DNA of 64,000 bases, taken from the NCBI GenBank assembly GCA_041649475.1, contig JBAZNA010000001.1, positions 611,308 to 675,307 of the forward strand, written 5' to 3'. Under the pieces are notes generated by a model, which ran no database searches, had not been told where the DNA came from, and was given only the letters and a program-made list of their open reading frames with translations. The stretch comes from Patescibacteria group bacterium (lineage in GTDB: Bacteria > Patescibacteriota > Patescibacteriia > Magasanikbacterales > GWA2-37-8). The position numbers and the translations under genes are program-made. Each line of letters begins with the position of its first letter. Within the stretch, counting starts at the first letter, position 1. Positions 28,030 through 38,992 of this stretch are shown here, in pieces.

Positions 28030-29052
28030 CTAGTAATTATGATCAAATAGCATTGCCTCTTTATTGGCAATGGTATAATCTACGGTTTTCTCAAGCCCGT
28101 CCTGCAAACGCACCAAAGGCATCCAGCCCAGAGCTGATTTTGCGTAGGCCAAATCCGGCGCGCCCTTGCGGGTTAAAAACAGCAATGGTTTTTCAAAGCG
28201 AATTTTTGAACCGGAATTGGTGGCCTCAATAATCATTTTGGCCACATCCGCGTATTTTACCACTTTGTCATGGCCCAGGTTCACTATGTTTACATCAGGC
28301 GCGCTATCCATCAGCCGCACCAAGCCGTCAATTAAATCAGTCACATAGCAAAGTGAGGTGGAAAAATTTTCATCGCCATAAACAACCAGATCCTTGCCGT
28401 CCAAGGCATTGATGATAAAATCAGGAATCAGCTGGCCTTCAAAAAGTTTCATGTGCGGGCCGTAAACCGTAAACACCCTGGCGATCTTGGCGTCTATACC
28501 GTGCACTTGCCGGTATGTGGCCACGCAGGTCTCGGCAAAACGCTTGCCTTCATCGTAACAGGCGCGCGGAGACAAGTGATCAACAATTCCCTGATCCGTT
28601 TCTTTAAAAACATCTTTGCTGTCGGTTGCGTTGCCATAAACTACCGAGCTAGAGGTAAAAACATATTTAGCGTGATATTTTACCGCCAAATCCAAAGTAT
28701 TAATCATGGCCGAAGAATTTGACCACAGCGACTGCATTTTTAATTTTTCAAAATCATTCGGGCTGGTCGGACAGGCCAGGTGATAAATTTCCTGTATGCC
28801 CTGAAATTTAACCCTGAACTTGTCCAGCTCTTCAAATTTTTCTAAATCAATCGGCTGATTAACGTCAAATTTAATAAATTCAAAATCCGGATATTGCAAT
28901 AAGTGATTGATGTTGGCCGGATTGGAATTGGAAAAATCATCCAGACAAATAACTTTTGCTTCCTTAAGCAGGCGTTCGCACAAATGCGAACCGATAAATC
29001 CCGCTCCGCCGGTTACGAGGACGTTTTTTTTCTCAAAAATTGGAGTATCCAT
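28030..29052 (-). CDS. NAD-dependent epimerase/dehydratase, UDP-glucuronate decarboxylase (UXS)-like
   Basis: Rossmann motif GGAGFIGSH and YDEGKR.AE catalytic motifs, typical of UXS/ArnA-decarboxylase enzymes. Confidence 0.75.
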   Translation of the reverse strand: MDTPIFEKKNVLVTGGAGFIGSHLCERLLKEAKVICLDDFSNSNPANINHLLQYPDFEFIKFDVNQPIDLEKFEELDKFRVKFQGIQEIYHLACPTSPNDFEKLKMQSLWSNSSAMINTLDLAVKYHAKYVFTSSSVVYGNATDSKDVFKETDQGIVDHLSPRACYDEGKRFAETCVATYRQVHGIDAKIARVFTVYGPHMKLFEGQLIPDFIINALDGKDLVVYGDENFSTSLCYVTDLIDGLVRLMDSAPDVNIVNLGHDKVVKYADVAKMIIEATNSGSKIRFEKPLLFLTRKGAPDLAYAKSALGWMPLVRLQDGLEKTVDYTIANKEAMLFDHNY

Positions 29053-29112
29053 AAATATCTAAATTATATATAAGCGATAAGTATTTTATCATTTTTAGCT
29101 AAAATTTGCAAT

Positions 29113-30519
29113 TTACTCCACATCGCGCATCCAGCTCTTGCTTTCCAGGTCAACAACGAACTGCACTAACTGTTTATTTTGGGTGGCCTTAATCAAAACC
29201 TGTTCGCCGCTCTTCCAATAGTTTCCAACTCGCACCGCGCTTACATCCGTAACACCGTTCGCGCTCCACAGGGGCTGTTTGTTGCCCTTAAAGTCCACTG
29301 TTTCCAAAGTTAATTTTTTCTTTTTTAAATTCACAAAAATCAAGCCGCCGCTATAAACGTCCCATTTTAAGGGCGGCTTAATTATCCGGCTGACCACGGC
29401 CTTGGCCACAGCCCGGCCGACGTTAAGGCGGCCATAACCCAATTGACCGATAAATTGTGGATTTAATCCGTCAATGTCATCAGCTGTGCTTAAAAGATCG
29501 GCGATTATTTCTTTTGCGTCCCAATCGGGCCTGATTGATTTAACCAGGGCCGCGGCTCCGGCCGCGAGCGGAGCTGAAAAAGAAGTTCCATACCAGGCAC
29601 CGTCAAACTCTTTTGTGTAACCGTTTGCCGGCGACAAAAGCTCTGTGCTAAAAATTCCTTCCCCGGGAGCCGACAAATCAACACAACTGCCGTAATCAGC
29701 AAAATCGCTTAATTTATCTTTTAAATCCACTGCTGTCACGCCCAAAATCCAATTATCCAGGTCTCCGGAATCGGCACAGATTGGGTAGTGCTTGTTTTTG
29801 CTTAAATCACCATCACCGAACAAGCGGTCATTTCCGGCTGCCGAAACAATTAGCACGCCTTTTTTATAGGCATTCTTTAAACTTTGTTCAAAAACCGAAT
29901 CATTCACATCACCGATTATGCTTAAACTGATAATACCGGCTCCATTGGCCACGGCATAATCAACTGCCTTAGCCACACTAATCAAAGCGCCGTTGCCGCT
30001 GCTATCCATCACGCGCAAAGGCATAATTTTTACATTCCAATTTACACCCGTTCCGTCAATGCCGTTATTTCCGACCGCGCCGATAAGTCCGGCCAAAACC
30101 GTGCCGTGAACCACTGCTTGCGAATCATCGGATTGTTTAATGGCCGACAGGGTTACGTCGTTATTATCTTCAACAAAATTCCAACCATAGACATCGTCAA
30201 CATATCCGTTGCGATCATCATCAACACTGTTATTTGGAATTTCCTTGGTATTGGTCCAAATGTTATTTTCTAAATCCGGATGATCAATATCAACTCCGGT
30301 GTCAGTAACCGCCACAACCACGCTTTTAGTGCCGGTTGTATAACCCCAAGCTCCGGGAGCATTGATTTGTTGCAAATACGGCGCCTGTAAAGCATACTTA
30401 GGGTCGTTGGGCGCCTGGGCCTTGGCCGCAGAAACAAACAAAAATGGCAAAATTAAAAAAATAACAGCCAGCGTGATTTGGCTTGATTTTTTAAGCAAAA
30501 AGTAGTACGATTTAGGCAT
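29113..30519 (-). CDS. Secreted subtilisin-like serine protease (peptidase S8)
   Basis: Signal peptide plus the catalytic triad motifs VAVTDTGVD (Asp), HGTVLAG (His) and GTSFSAP (Ser). Confidence 0.85.
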   Translation of the reverse strand: MPKSYYFLLKKSSQITLAVIFLILPFLFVSAAKAQAPNDPKYALQAPYLQQINAPGAWGYTTGTKSVVVAVTDTGVDIDHPDLENNIWTNTKEIPNNSVDDDRNGYVDDVYGWNFVEDNNDVTLSAIKQSDDSQAVVHGTVLAGLIGAVGNNGIDGTGVNWNVKIMPLRVMDSSGNGALISVAKAVDYAVANGAGIISLSIIGDVNDSVFEQSLKNAYKKGVLIVSAAGNDRLFGDGDLSKNKHYPICADSGDLDNWILGVTAVDLKDKLSDFADYGSCVDLSAPGEGIFSTELLSPANGYTKEFDGAWYGTSFSAPLAAGAAALVKSIRPDWDAKEIIADLLSTADDIDGLNPQFIGQLGYGRLNVGRAVAKAVVSRIIKPPLKWDVYSGGLIFVNLKKKKLTLETVDFKGNKQPLWSANGVTDVSAVRVGNYWKSGEQVLIKATQNKQLVQFVVDLESKSWMRDVE

Positions 30520-30543
30520 ATTTGGCTTTAATTATTATACCAC

Positions 30544-31920
30544 ATGTACCGCTTTAAACAATTCACCTTATTTTTAGGAGACATGGCCGGACTGTTTTTG
30601 GGCCTTTATTTGGCTGTCTATCTGCGAAATTTGGCCCTAACCGGGCACAAACTGTCAGATTTGTTAGCGCCCATGACCATACTGTTTATTCTGGCCGCCG
30701 TCATTTTGTTTATCGCCGGCCTATACGACATCACTAAGGCCAAAAATAACTTCAAATTTTTCCAAAAAATCATTATCGCGGCGCTCTCCTGGATGGTTAT
30801 CGGCGTCCTTTATTTTTACATCAGACCGCAACAAAACGTATCGCCAAAGACCATACTTCTGCTCACGGTTGTTATCGGTTTTGGTATAATTTCTGGTTGG
30901 CGGTTTCTTTATAATAAATTTATCTCCACCAATGTCTGGCAGTTGAACGTGACTTTTGCCGGAATTACCGACGAAGTGAAAGAATTGATCAAATTTATAC
31001 AAAACGAACCGCAAAGCGGATATTTCGTGGTTGGAATTATTTCCAGAAATGAAGCGGATAAAAATATTTTTCCGGACTTGCCGTTTGGAAAAACCATTGA
31101 AGAAATCAAATTACAAAATCAAACTCGGCCGATTAATCTGATCGTCCTGTCCCCGCAACTAACCAGCGATGAAGAACTCCTAAAAAATCTATACAAAAGT
31201 TTGTTTGAACAAATCAGCATAGTCAGTTTGGCTGATTTTTACCAGACGCTGATGGCCCGCATTCCGCCGTTTACTTTTTCCGAGGGCTGGTTTATCGCCC
31301 ATTTGCAGGAACAGCAGAAAAAAATTTATGATCGTATAAAAATACTGGCGGATTATTTATTCGGCGTCATCATCGGCCTGTTCTTTGCGATTACCTACCC
31401 GTTCATTGTCCTGGCCATAAAACTTGATTCCAAAGGCGCAGTATTTTTTTCACAAAAAAGAATCGGCCGGGGCGGGGCGCAGTTTACGATTTATAAATAT
31501 CGCACCATGAAAAGTTTAGCCGCCGACGGCAGCGCCGAAACGCAGGGTCCGCAGTTTGCCGCCACCGCCGACAATCGCGTCACCGAGGTGGGAAAATTTT
31601 TGCGCGCCACCAGGCTGGATGAAATCCCGCAATTTATTAATATTTTAAAAGGCGAAATGTCAATCATCGGCCCCAGACCGGAACGGCCGGAATTTGTAGA
31701 ACAGCTCACGCAAAAAATGCCTTACTATCCTTTAAGGCATCTGATAAAACCGGGCTTAACCGGCTGGGCCCAGCTCCACCGATCATATTACGGAACCATA
31801 GAAGAAAATCTGCGAAAATTGGAGTATGATTTGTATTACATCAAAAATCGGGGCTTTATGCTTGATCTCTCAATCGCCTTGCACACGGTAAACACGGTCT
31901 TAAAAATGATGGGAAGATAA
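30544..31920 (+). CDS. Polyprenyl glycosylphosphotransferase (WbaP/initiating sugar transferase, Bac_transf domain)
   Basis: N-terminal TM region followed by a C-terminal Bac_transf domain (KRIGRGG..F.IYKYRTM, DEIPQF.NILKGEMS.IGPRPE). Confidence 0.85.
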   Translation: MYRFKQFTLFLGDMAGLFLGLYLAVYLRNLALTGHKLSDLLAPMTILFILAAVILFIAGLYDITKAKNNFKFFQKIIIAALSWMVIGVLYFYIRPQQNVSPKTILLLTVVIGFGIISGWRFLYNKFISTNVWQLNVTFAGITDEVKELIKFIQNEPQSGYFVVGIISRNEADKNIFPDLPFGKTIEEIKLQNQTRPINLIVLSPQLTSDEELLKNLYKSLFEQISIVSLADFYQTLMARIPPFTFSEGWFIAHLQEQQKKIYDRIKILADYLFGVIIGLFFAITYPFIVLAIKLDSKGAVFFSQKRIGRGGAQFTIYKYRTMKSLAADGSAETQGPQFAATADNRVTEVGKFLRATRLDEIPQFINILKGEMSIIGPRPERPEFVEQLTQKMPYYPLRHLIKPGLTGWAQLHRSYYGTIEENLRKLEYDLYYIKNRGFMLDLSIALHTVNTVLKMMGR

Positions 31921-33555
31921 TTATAAAGATAACTTCGCCGCTTTGATCAGACCGACAAACAACGGATGCGGCTCAAGCGGACGGGATTTAAACTCCGGAT
32001 GAAACTGACTGGCCACAAAATACGGGTGGTCCTTTAGTTCAATAATTTCAACCAGGTTAGCTTCCGGATTGACACCGGCGATTTGCATACCGGCTTTGGT
32101 CAATCTCTCGCGATAATCATTATTAAATTCATAACGATGACGGTGGCGTTCGCTCACAATCTTTTTGCCGCCATAGGCCTTAAAAACCCTAGTGCCCTTC
32201 ACCAAGACGCATTTGTACGCACCCAAGCGCATAGTGCCGCCGTAATGATTATTTTTTACGTTCTCCGCCTGCTTGTTATTTATATGAATAATCGGCTCCG
32301 GGGTCTTGGCATCTATTTCCGTGGTGTGCGCCCTGGCCAAACCCAAAACATTGCGCGCAAATTCAATGCTGGCCAGTTGCATGCCGTAGCATAACCCTAA
32401 AAACGGAATCTTGTGTTCTCTGACATATCTGATGGCCGAAATAATGCCTTCCACTCCGCGCGCGCCAAACCCGCCCGGCACAATCAGAGCATTATAAGAA
32501 CTCAACTCTTTTAGTTTGGCCGGATTCTTTTCATATTCCTCACTGTCAAGCCATGTTAGTTCCGGTTTCAGGCCATTATGCCAACAGGCGTGCTTAATTG
32601 CTTCAATTACCGAGATGTAGGAATCGGCTAAAGTAAAATTGCCGGTGCCAAAATATTTTCCCACCACCGCGATTTTTATAACCGTTTCCGCTTTTTTCAT
32701 TTTACGGATAAAGTCGCGCCATTTTTTTCCGTCTTTTGGTCTCGGTTTTAATTGTAATTTTTTTAAAAGCAAATTGCTGAAATTTTGTTTTTCAAATAAA
32801 TCCGGAATTTCATAAATGGTTTTTACATCCGGCGCGGCAATCACATCTTTTTCGCTGCGCAGACCGCAAAACAGGGCCAGCTTTTCCCGTCTGGGCTTGT
32901 CCAGCTCCAGCCGGCCACGGGCGATGATAAAATCGGCCTGAATACCGCTGCTGTTTAAGGTTCTGGCCGCGTACTGGGTCGGTTTGGTTTTCATTTCTCC
33001 CAAGTGCCCGGGAATCGGCAAATAACTGACCAGCACAAAAACCACATTGTCCGGTTCTTTAAGCTTCATCATGCGGGCGGCTTCCAAAAACAAAATATTT
33101 TGATATTCCCCGGCGGTGCCGCCGATTTCTATAATCATCACGTCGGCCTTGGCCTTTTTTGCCGCCGCCTTTATCCGGCCCACGACTTCCATGGGAATAT
33201 GCGGCACCACCTCCACGCACTTGCCTTTGTAATACATGCTCCGCTCTTTTTCAATCACGCTTAAATACACCCGGCCGGTGGTCATGTAATTTATTGAGTA
33301 AATGTTTGTGTCTAAAAATCGTTCGTAATTGCCCAGGTCCTGATCGGTCTCATCGCCGTCTTCGGTCACATAAACCTCGCCGTGTTCAATCGGATTCATC
33401 GTGCCGGCATCAACATTGATATACGGATCAATTTTTATGGCCGAAACATTAAGACCCTTATTTTTCAAAATTCTGCCGATTGACGCTGCTGATACCCCCT
33501 TGCCGACCCCGCTTAAAACTCCGCCTATGATAAAAATATACTTGGTTTTGGCCAT
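31921..33555 (-). CDS. pyrG: CTP synthase
   Basis: N-terminal synthetase domain (GGV.SG.GKG) and C-terminal GATase domain (GLCYGMQ). Confidence 0.95.
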   Translation of the reverse strand: MAKTKYIFIIGGVLSGVGKGVSAASIGRILKNKGLNVSAIKIDPYINVDAGTMNPIEHGEVYVTEDGDETDQDLGNYERFLDTNIYSINYMTTGRVYLSVIEKERSMYYKGKCVEVVPHIPMEVVGRIKAAAKKAKADVMIIEIGGTAGEYQNILFLEAARMMKLKEPDNVVFVLVSYLPIPGHLGEMKTKPTQYAARTLNSSGIQADFIIARGRLELDKPRREKLALFCGLRSEKDVIAAPDVKTIYEIPDLFEKQNFSNLLLKKLQLKPRPKDGKKWRDFIRKMKKAETVIKIAVVGKYFGTGNFTLADSYISVIEAIKHACWHNGLKPELTWLDSEEYEKNPAKLKELSSYNALIVPGGFGARGVEGIISAIRYVREHKIPFLGLCYGMQLASIEFARNVLGLARAHTTEIDAKTPEPIIHINNKQAENVKNNHYGGTMRLGAYKCVLVKGTRVFKAYGGKKIVSERHRHRYEFNNDYRERLTKAGMQIAGVNPEANLVEIIELKDHPYFVASQFHPEFKSRPLEPHPLFVGLIKAAKLSL

Positions 33556-33559
33556 AAAT

Positions 33560-34000
33560 TTATTTTGCTGACACTATAATTATAATATCCGCTTCCAAAC
33601 CGTGACGAAACTTTATCTTGGCTTTAAACTCCCCCGCTTCTTTTATGGGCTTCATCACAATTTGATTTTTATCCACGGAAAAACCTGATTTTTTCAAAAT
33701 TTCGGAAACTTTCTGCGGACCGACGGCCGCGTAAAGCGAACCACCGTCGCTGACTTTTTCCTTCAGTTCGGTTTCCCAGCCGTCTAACTTTTCAGCCAGC
33801 TCCTGTTGTTCGCGCAAATCTTTTTCATGATCCTTGGCTTCCTTTGTGCTTTTGGCCTGCAAATCAACCATAATTTTTTTGGTGGCCGGCACGGCTAAAT
33901 TTTTGGCAAACAGAAAATTGCGGGCATAACCGTCGGCTACGTCTTTGACTTCGTTTATCTTGCCCAGCCCGGGAACATTTTGAATTAAGATTACCTTCAT
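33560..34000 (-). CDS. rplI: 50S ribosomal protein L9
   Basis: N-terminal [27 protein letters not shown]. Confidence 0.85.
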   Translation of the reverse strand: MKVILIQNVPGLGKINEVKDVADGYARNFLFAKNLAVPATKKIMVDLQAKSTKEAKDHEKDLREQQELAEKLDGWETELKEKVSDGGSLYAAVGPQKVSEILKKSGFSVDKNQIVMKPIKEAGEFKAKIKFRHGLEADIIIIVSAK

Positions 34001-34048
34001 ACCCCTATTGCTTTAGCTAACAATTAGTAGTAGTATACTACATACTTA

Positions 34049-34951
34049 TTGCAAAAATCAAACATGAAAAATATGGAAAGTCAACAATCGGAAACCCTGC
34101 CTTTTAAATCCGGATTTGTCACCCTGGTGGGTCGTTCAAACGTGGGCAAATCAACCCTGCTTAATACGCTGGTCGGGACCAAAATCGCCGTCGTAACCGA
34201 CAAACCCCAGACCACACGCAATATTATACACGGAGTACTCAACTACCCGCAAGGACAGGCGGTTTTTATTGATACCCCGGGTGTTTTTAAACAAAACAGA
34301 AGCGCTTTATCAGGCATTCTAACCCAACGGGTTTGTGAAGCAATCCAAAATATAAATCTGATAATTTATGTTGTTGATCCGACCAAAAGTTTGGGCGCCG
34401 AGGAACGGGCCACTTTGGCCTTGATCAGGAATTTAGCCATTCCCAAGCTGCTCGTGATAAACAAATCAGATCTGCCGGAAAAGGAAAAGGTCTATCTGGA
34501 AAATTATCGCGAATTGAGTGATCAATTTGCCGCGGTCTTTGAACTTTCGGCTTTGCGTAATAGCCATGTCCAGCCCTTGCGCGATAAGGTTTTGGAATTT
34601 TTACCTGTTGGTGAAGCAATTTATCCGCCCAATCAACTGACAAACGTGGATGAACGTTTTTGGGTGGCGGAAATTATCAGAGAAAAAATTTTTAAAGCCC
34701 TGCGCAAAGAAGTGCCATACACCACGCATGTTGAAATTGAAGATATTGAAGACAAACCGGACATGTTTGTCATTAAAGCAAACATTTATACCACTGACAG
34801 CAGGTACAGAAAAATGATTGTCGGCGCCGGCGGCCGGGCCATAAAAGAAATCGGCATTGCCGCGCGCAAAGAACTGGAAACAGCCCTGAATAAAAAAGTA
34901 TTTTTAGAGCTTGAAGTTGAGGTTGATAAACACTGGGAAACTAGGGTGTAG
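34049..34951 (+). CDS. era: GTPase Era
   Basis: G1 motif GRSNVGKST, G3 DTPG, G4 NKSD, and a C-terminal KH domain. The true start may be an internal Met. Confidence 0.9.
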   Translation: MQKSNMKNMESQQSETLPFKSGFVTLVGRSNVGKSTLLNTLVGTKIAVVTDKPQTTRNIIHGVLNYPQGQAVFIDTPGVFKQNRSALSGILTQRVCEAIQNINLIIYVVDPTKSLGAEERATLALIRNLAIPKLLVINKSDLPEKEKVYLENYRELSDQFAAVFELSALRNSHVQPLRDKVLEFLPVGEAIYPPNQLTNVDERFWVAEIIREKIFKALRKEVPYTTHVEIEDIEDKPDMFVIKANIYTTDSRYRKMIVGAGGRAIKEIGIAARKELETALNKKVFLELEVEVDKHWETRV

Positions 34952-36221
34952 AAGTCGGGGTCAAAATTTCCATCGCCTTACTTAAAACCGTATCCTGACC
35001 AACTACTTCTTTACTCCAATCAACACTCATAACAATATCCGGAGTGACACCTTCTTTGTTTATATTTTTTCCGCTGGGTGTAAACCATTCAGCCACGGTC
35101 AACTTCAAAGCCGAACCATCCGGGAACGGCTCATAATCTTGTACCGATCCCTTGCCAAAAGTTTTTTCACCAATAATGGTGGCGGCTTTGGTGTCCTGTA
35201 AAGCGCCGGCCACAATTTCCGAAGCTGAAGCCGAACCCTTATCCACCAAAACTACGGTTTTCATACCGGCCAATCGGTGATCACCCAGAGTTTGGTGTTC
35301 ATTGTTTAAACCGTCAACACCCTTTTCGCTGACAATCACACCCGTCTTAATCCATTCACTGGCCACATACACGGCCGAGTCCAAATATCCGCCCGGATTG
35401 CTTCGCAAATCCAAGATTATTCCCTTAGCGCCCTTGGCCTTCAAATTTTTTATGGTTTTATCCAATCCGGTATTGGTACTATCATTAAATTGTAAAAGCC
35501 GGATATAAGCAATATTATTCGGCTTCATTTCGTACATCACTGACGGCACATTGATTTTAGCCCTGGTAATTATAATATCCTGTGATTTGGTGGCACCGTC
35601 TCTGGCAATAGTCAACTTCACCTGGGTGTTGGCTTTGCCTCTGATTTTGCTAACCGCCGTATTCACATCCATGCCAAAAGTACTTGTCCCATCAATCGCC
35701 AAAATGCTGTCACCCGGCCGCAATCCGGCTTTTTGGGCCGGCGAATCAGGCAAAGGCGCGATCACCATTAATTGATCATTTTTAATACCAATTTCAGCGC
35801 CGATACCTTCAAGCTCGCCGGACAAATCTTTGGCAAATTCTGTAGCTGCTTGCGGAGGAAAATACAAAGAATACGGATCGCCAAGCGAAGCCACCAAACC
35901 CTGAATAGCGCCATAAAACATGTCCGCATCCTTGACCGGCTGTTTTACATACTGGCTTTTTATCTGATCCCAGACCGTCCAAAATTGAGTGAAATCAACA
36001 CTATCCGAATGATTAACAGTTCTGTCTAAATTTATTACTTTGCTAATTTGCACATTGCCGGAATCATCTGTTATCTGATGATTGACATACCAAACCCGGC
36101 CGACAATAACACCCAAGCCAAAAGAAATGATAAACAAAATCACGGAAATATAAATGCCGATATATTTCTGCGCGCGGGTTTTTATTGGACTGGTTACGGG
36201 GTTATTGATGGGACTTTCCAT
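34941..36221 (-). CDS. ctpA: Carboxyl-terminal processing protease (peptidase S41, CtpA) with PDZ domain
   Basis: TM anchor, a PDZ domain (GLRPGDSILAIDG) and S41 motifs (ILDLRSNPGG, catalytic Ser/Lys). Confidence 0.85.
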   Translation of the reverse strand: MESPINNPVTSPIKTRAQKYIGIYISVILFIISFGLGVIVGRVWYVNHQITDDSGNVQISKVINLDRTVNHSDSVDFTQFWTVWDQIKSQYVKQPVKDADMFYGAIQGLVASLGDPYSLYFPPQAATEFAKDLSGELEGIGAEIGIKNDQLMVIAPLPDSPAQKAGLRPGDSILAIDGTSTFGMDVNTAVSKIRGKANTQVKLTIARDGATKSQDIIITRAKINVPSVMYEMKPNNIAYIRLLQFNDSTNTGLDKTIKNLKAKGAKGIILDLRSNPGGYLDSAVYVASEWIKTGVIVSEKGVDGLNNEHQTLGDHRLAGMKTVVLVDKGSASASEIVAGALQDTKAATIIGEKTFGKGSVQDYEPFPDGSALKLTVAEWFTPSGKNINKEGVTPDIVMSVDWSKEVVGQDTVLSKAMEILTPTSTP

Positions 36222-36237
36222 AATGGCAAAGATAAAT

Positions 36238-37542
36238 TTATTTATTTTTTATTATTTTTATACTGGCCCCGGCTTTATTTAGCGTTTCGTATAAATTTTC
36301 ATAACCGCGGTCAATCACATAGGTACTGCGCAAAAGTGATTTTCCCGGCGCGGCCAGCATGGCAATTAAGACATTGACGGCCGGCCGCAGTGCCGGCGGG
36401 CAAATCACTTCATTGGGCTTGAACTTGGTCGGGCCTTCCACCCAGACGCGGTGCGTATCTATCAGAGTCACATCCACGCCAAACTTTTTTAATTCCAAGC
36501 TATAAATCGCCCGGTCTTCATAAACCCAGTCATGGACCAGTGTCCGGCCTTTGGCTTTGGCCAAAATGGGAATAAACAAGGGCAGATTATCAATATTTAA
36601 ACCCGGAAACGGCCGGCACTCAATCTTATCCGGCAAGCAAACAAGCTTGCTGGGTATGATTTCTATGTCCGCCACCGCAAATTGGCCGTTGGTGGATTTC
36701 CTTTTATTTAAAATTTTATACTTTTGTCCCATCACCTCAAGCTTGCACAATTCCAGTTCCAAAAATTCCAGCGGGCAATTGGAAACGGTCAAATGCGAAC
36801 CAGTGACAATCGCGGCCGAAATATAGGTCATGGCCACAATTGGATCCGGCATTATCGGATAACTTGCCATCGGACGCAATTTACTGACGCCGTCAATTGT
36901 TAAAGTGGTGGTGCCGATGCCGCTAATTTTTGCTCCGGCTTGATTTAAAAAATAACACAAGTCCTGCACCATGTAATTGGCCGAAGCCATCTTTATAATA
37001 GTTTGACCCGGCGCCAAGACCGCGGCCATAATCGCATTTTCAGTTGAAGTATCCCCCGATTCATACATCACAATATTGGCGGCTTTAAGGGCGCCATTTT
37101 TTACCTCATAGAACTTCGGCTTTGACGCCACTTCCACTCCATACGCTTGCAGGGCAAACAAGTGCGGCCTGACCGTGCGCTGACCCAGCCGACAGCCGCC
37201 TGATCTATATAATTTATAACTGATTTTTCGCGACGCCAAAGCGCCCAGCAAAAGCAAAGACGATCTGGTTTTTTCTGAAGCGGTGGCATCAATTTTTTCA
37301 AAATTCAAACCACCGGTTGTGTCTATGGTTAAATCAGAGCCATTTTGAATCACCTTCGCGTCCATGCTAAGTAACAGTTCACACATCCGGTTCACTTCTT
37401 CAATTTGCGGCACATTTTTTAAAACGGTCTTGCCGTCTATCATTAAACTGGCGCACATTATGGCCACGGCCGAATTTTTGGCCGACTGGTTTTTAATCTC
37501 GCCATGCAATTTTTTTCCGCCGTTTACGATTAAATAAGGCAT
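36238..37542 (-). CDS. murA: UDP-N-acetylglucosamine 1-carboxyvinyltransferase
   Basis: EPSP-synthase fold with the MurA N-terminal signature (I.GG..L.GE....AKNSA.A.M.ASL) and an active-site Cys region. Confidence 0.9.
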   Translation of the reverse strand: MPYLIVNGGKKLHGEIKNQSAKNSAVAIMCASLMIDGKTVLKNVPQIEEVNRMCELLLSMDAKVIQNGSDLTIDTTGGLNFEKIDATASEKTRSSLLLLGALASRKISYKLYRSGGCRLGQRTVRPHLFALQAYGVEVASKPKFYEVKNGALKAANIVMYESGDTSTENAIMAAVLAPGQTIIKMASANYMVQDLCYFLNQAGAKISGIGTTTLTIDGVSKLRPMASYPIMPDPIVAMTYISAAIVTGSHLTVSNCPLEFLELELCKLEVMGQKYKILNKRKSTNGQFAVADIEIIPSKLVCLPDKIECRPFPGLNIDNLPLFIPILAKAKGRTLVHDWVYEDRAIYSLELKKFGVDVTLIDTHRVWVEGPTKFKPNEVICPPALRPAVNVLIAMLAAPGKSLLRSTYVIDRGYENLYETLNKAGASIKIIKNK

Positions 37543-37599
37543 AATTTTGACTAGAAGGGCTTTTTAGGTTAAGATAATTATACTCAAATTTCAAACTAA

Positions 37600-38979
37600 A
37601 TGCAACTTTTACGCTTAAGTATGGAATACCCGGGCACTAAATTCACTTATCCCATCAGGCGCGCCACTCTAATTTTCTTTATTGCGTTTTTTATAATTGC
37701 TTCGCCGATTATCATAATGTACACGGCCGGCTACAGGTATGACTGGGCCAATGGACTGCTCAAAGAAACCGGAGCGATTAGTATTGATGTAGAACCGCCG
37801 CAGGCCAGTGTTTATCTAAATGGCATAAAATTAAAAGATAACATGCCGATTCGCCTGAATAATATCGCACCCGGAAGATACGGCCTAAACATCAGTGCGT
37901 CCGGCTATTACGATTGGGTAACGGAAATTGACGTAAAAAACAAACAAACCGTTTACATCAAAGAAATTTCTCTGCTTAAAAAAAATAGACCGCAAATCCT
38001 GATATCCGGAAACATGCAAACATTCGCTCTGTCCGATGACTATAAATATATAATTTATACCACACAAAAAACCAACAACACCGAAATTTGGCTTTGGAAC
38101 ACGGCCGATCATTCGGCCGCAATTCTAACAAAAATTAACACTCTAAATCCGCTTAAAATTTCCTGGTCAAAAAATGGCGACTACGCCGTAGTGTCCAATC
38201 AAACCTCTCCATATACCACGCTACTGCTCTTGAACGCTAACAATCCCCTATCAATAACAAACATCTCCGCCAACACCGCCCAGGCAATAGAAAAATATCA
38301 GTGGGATCCGCAAGGTTTGGCCTTATATTTTTCCACAAAAAACAATATAATTTCCTACGATCCCCAAAATCAGCAAACACAAATTGTAACTAAAAACAGT
38401 TACCTGGATTGGTACATGTATCGCGGCGGGCTCCTAACCCTGCAAATTAACACCACCAGCAAACAATATAAAATCATTTCAGATACTCTGGGATTTAAGT
38501 CCGCCTTTAATTCAATGGCTTACACCGGTTCGGATGATTTGGCCCGCAATCAATACAAGATCGCTATGGCCGATGCCGGTAAAGTTCTTTTAAAAAACAC
38601 CCGCACCGCGGAGATGGAACTGGTGACGGCAAACAACGCCTTTCAAATTTCCGGCGATAAATTCCTGGTATCAAAATATAACAACTGGCTGATTGTTTGG
38701 ACGCCTTGGGAACTGTGGACATACAGCGACGGAGCCAGTGAACCGAACCTGTTAAACCGATCCGGAGAAAATTTACAGCAAGCGATTCCGCTTGATCAGT
38801 ACAACACCTTGGCTTTGGTTTGGGCAAATAAAACCACTGCCCTTTTCCCCTATTATCTGGTATCGCATGATTTATTTAATGACAAAATAAACATTGCCGA
38901 TGCCGATACTGATAAAAAAATCTTATATTATATTGATAATACAAAAGGAAACGAAGGTATTTGGAGTTTAGAATATTAA
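37600..38979 (+). CDS. Membrane-anchored PEGA-domain protein with C-terminal beta-propeller-like domain, hypothetical
   Basis: TM helix, a PEGA domain (ISIDVEPPQASVYLNG...PGRYGLNISASGY) and WD/TolB-like repeats. Confidence 0.5.
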   Translation: MQLLRLSMEYPGTKFTYPIRRATLIFFIAFFIIASPIIIMYTAGYRYDWANGLLKETGAISIDVEPPQASVYLNGIKLKDNMPIRLNNIAPGRYGLNISASGYYDWVTEIDVKNKQTVYIKEISLLKKNRPQILISGNMQTFALSDDYKYIIYTTQKTNNTEIWLWNTADHSAAILTKINTLNPLKISWSKNGDYAVVSNQTSPYTTLLLLNANNPLSITNISANTAQAIEKYQWDPQGLALYFSTKNNIISYDPQNQQTQIVTKNSYLDWYMYRGGLLTLQINTTSKQYKIISDTLGFKSAFNSMAYTGSDDLARNQYKIAMADAGKVLLKNTRTAEMELVTANNAFQISGDKFLVSKYNNWLIVWTPWELWTYSDGASEPNLLNRSGENLQQAIPLDQYNTLALVWANKTTALFPYYLVSHDLFNDKINIADADTDKKILYYIDNTKGNEGIWSLEY

Positions 38980-38992
38980 AAAAATTTAACCT

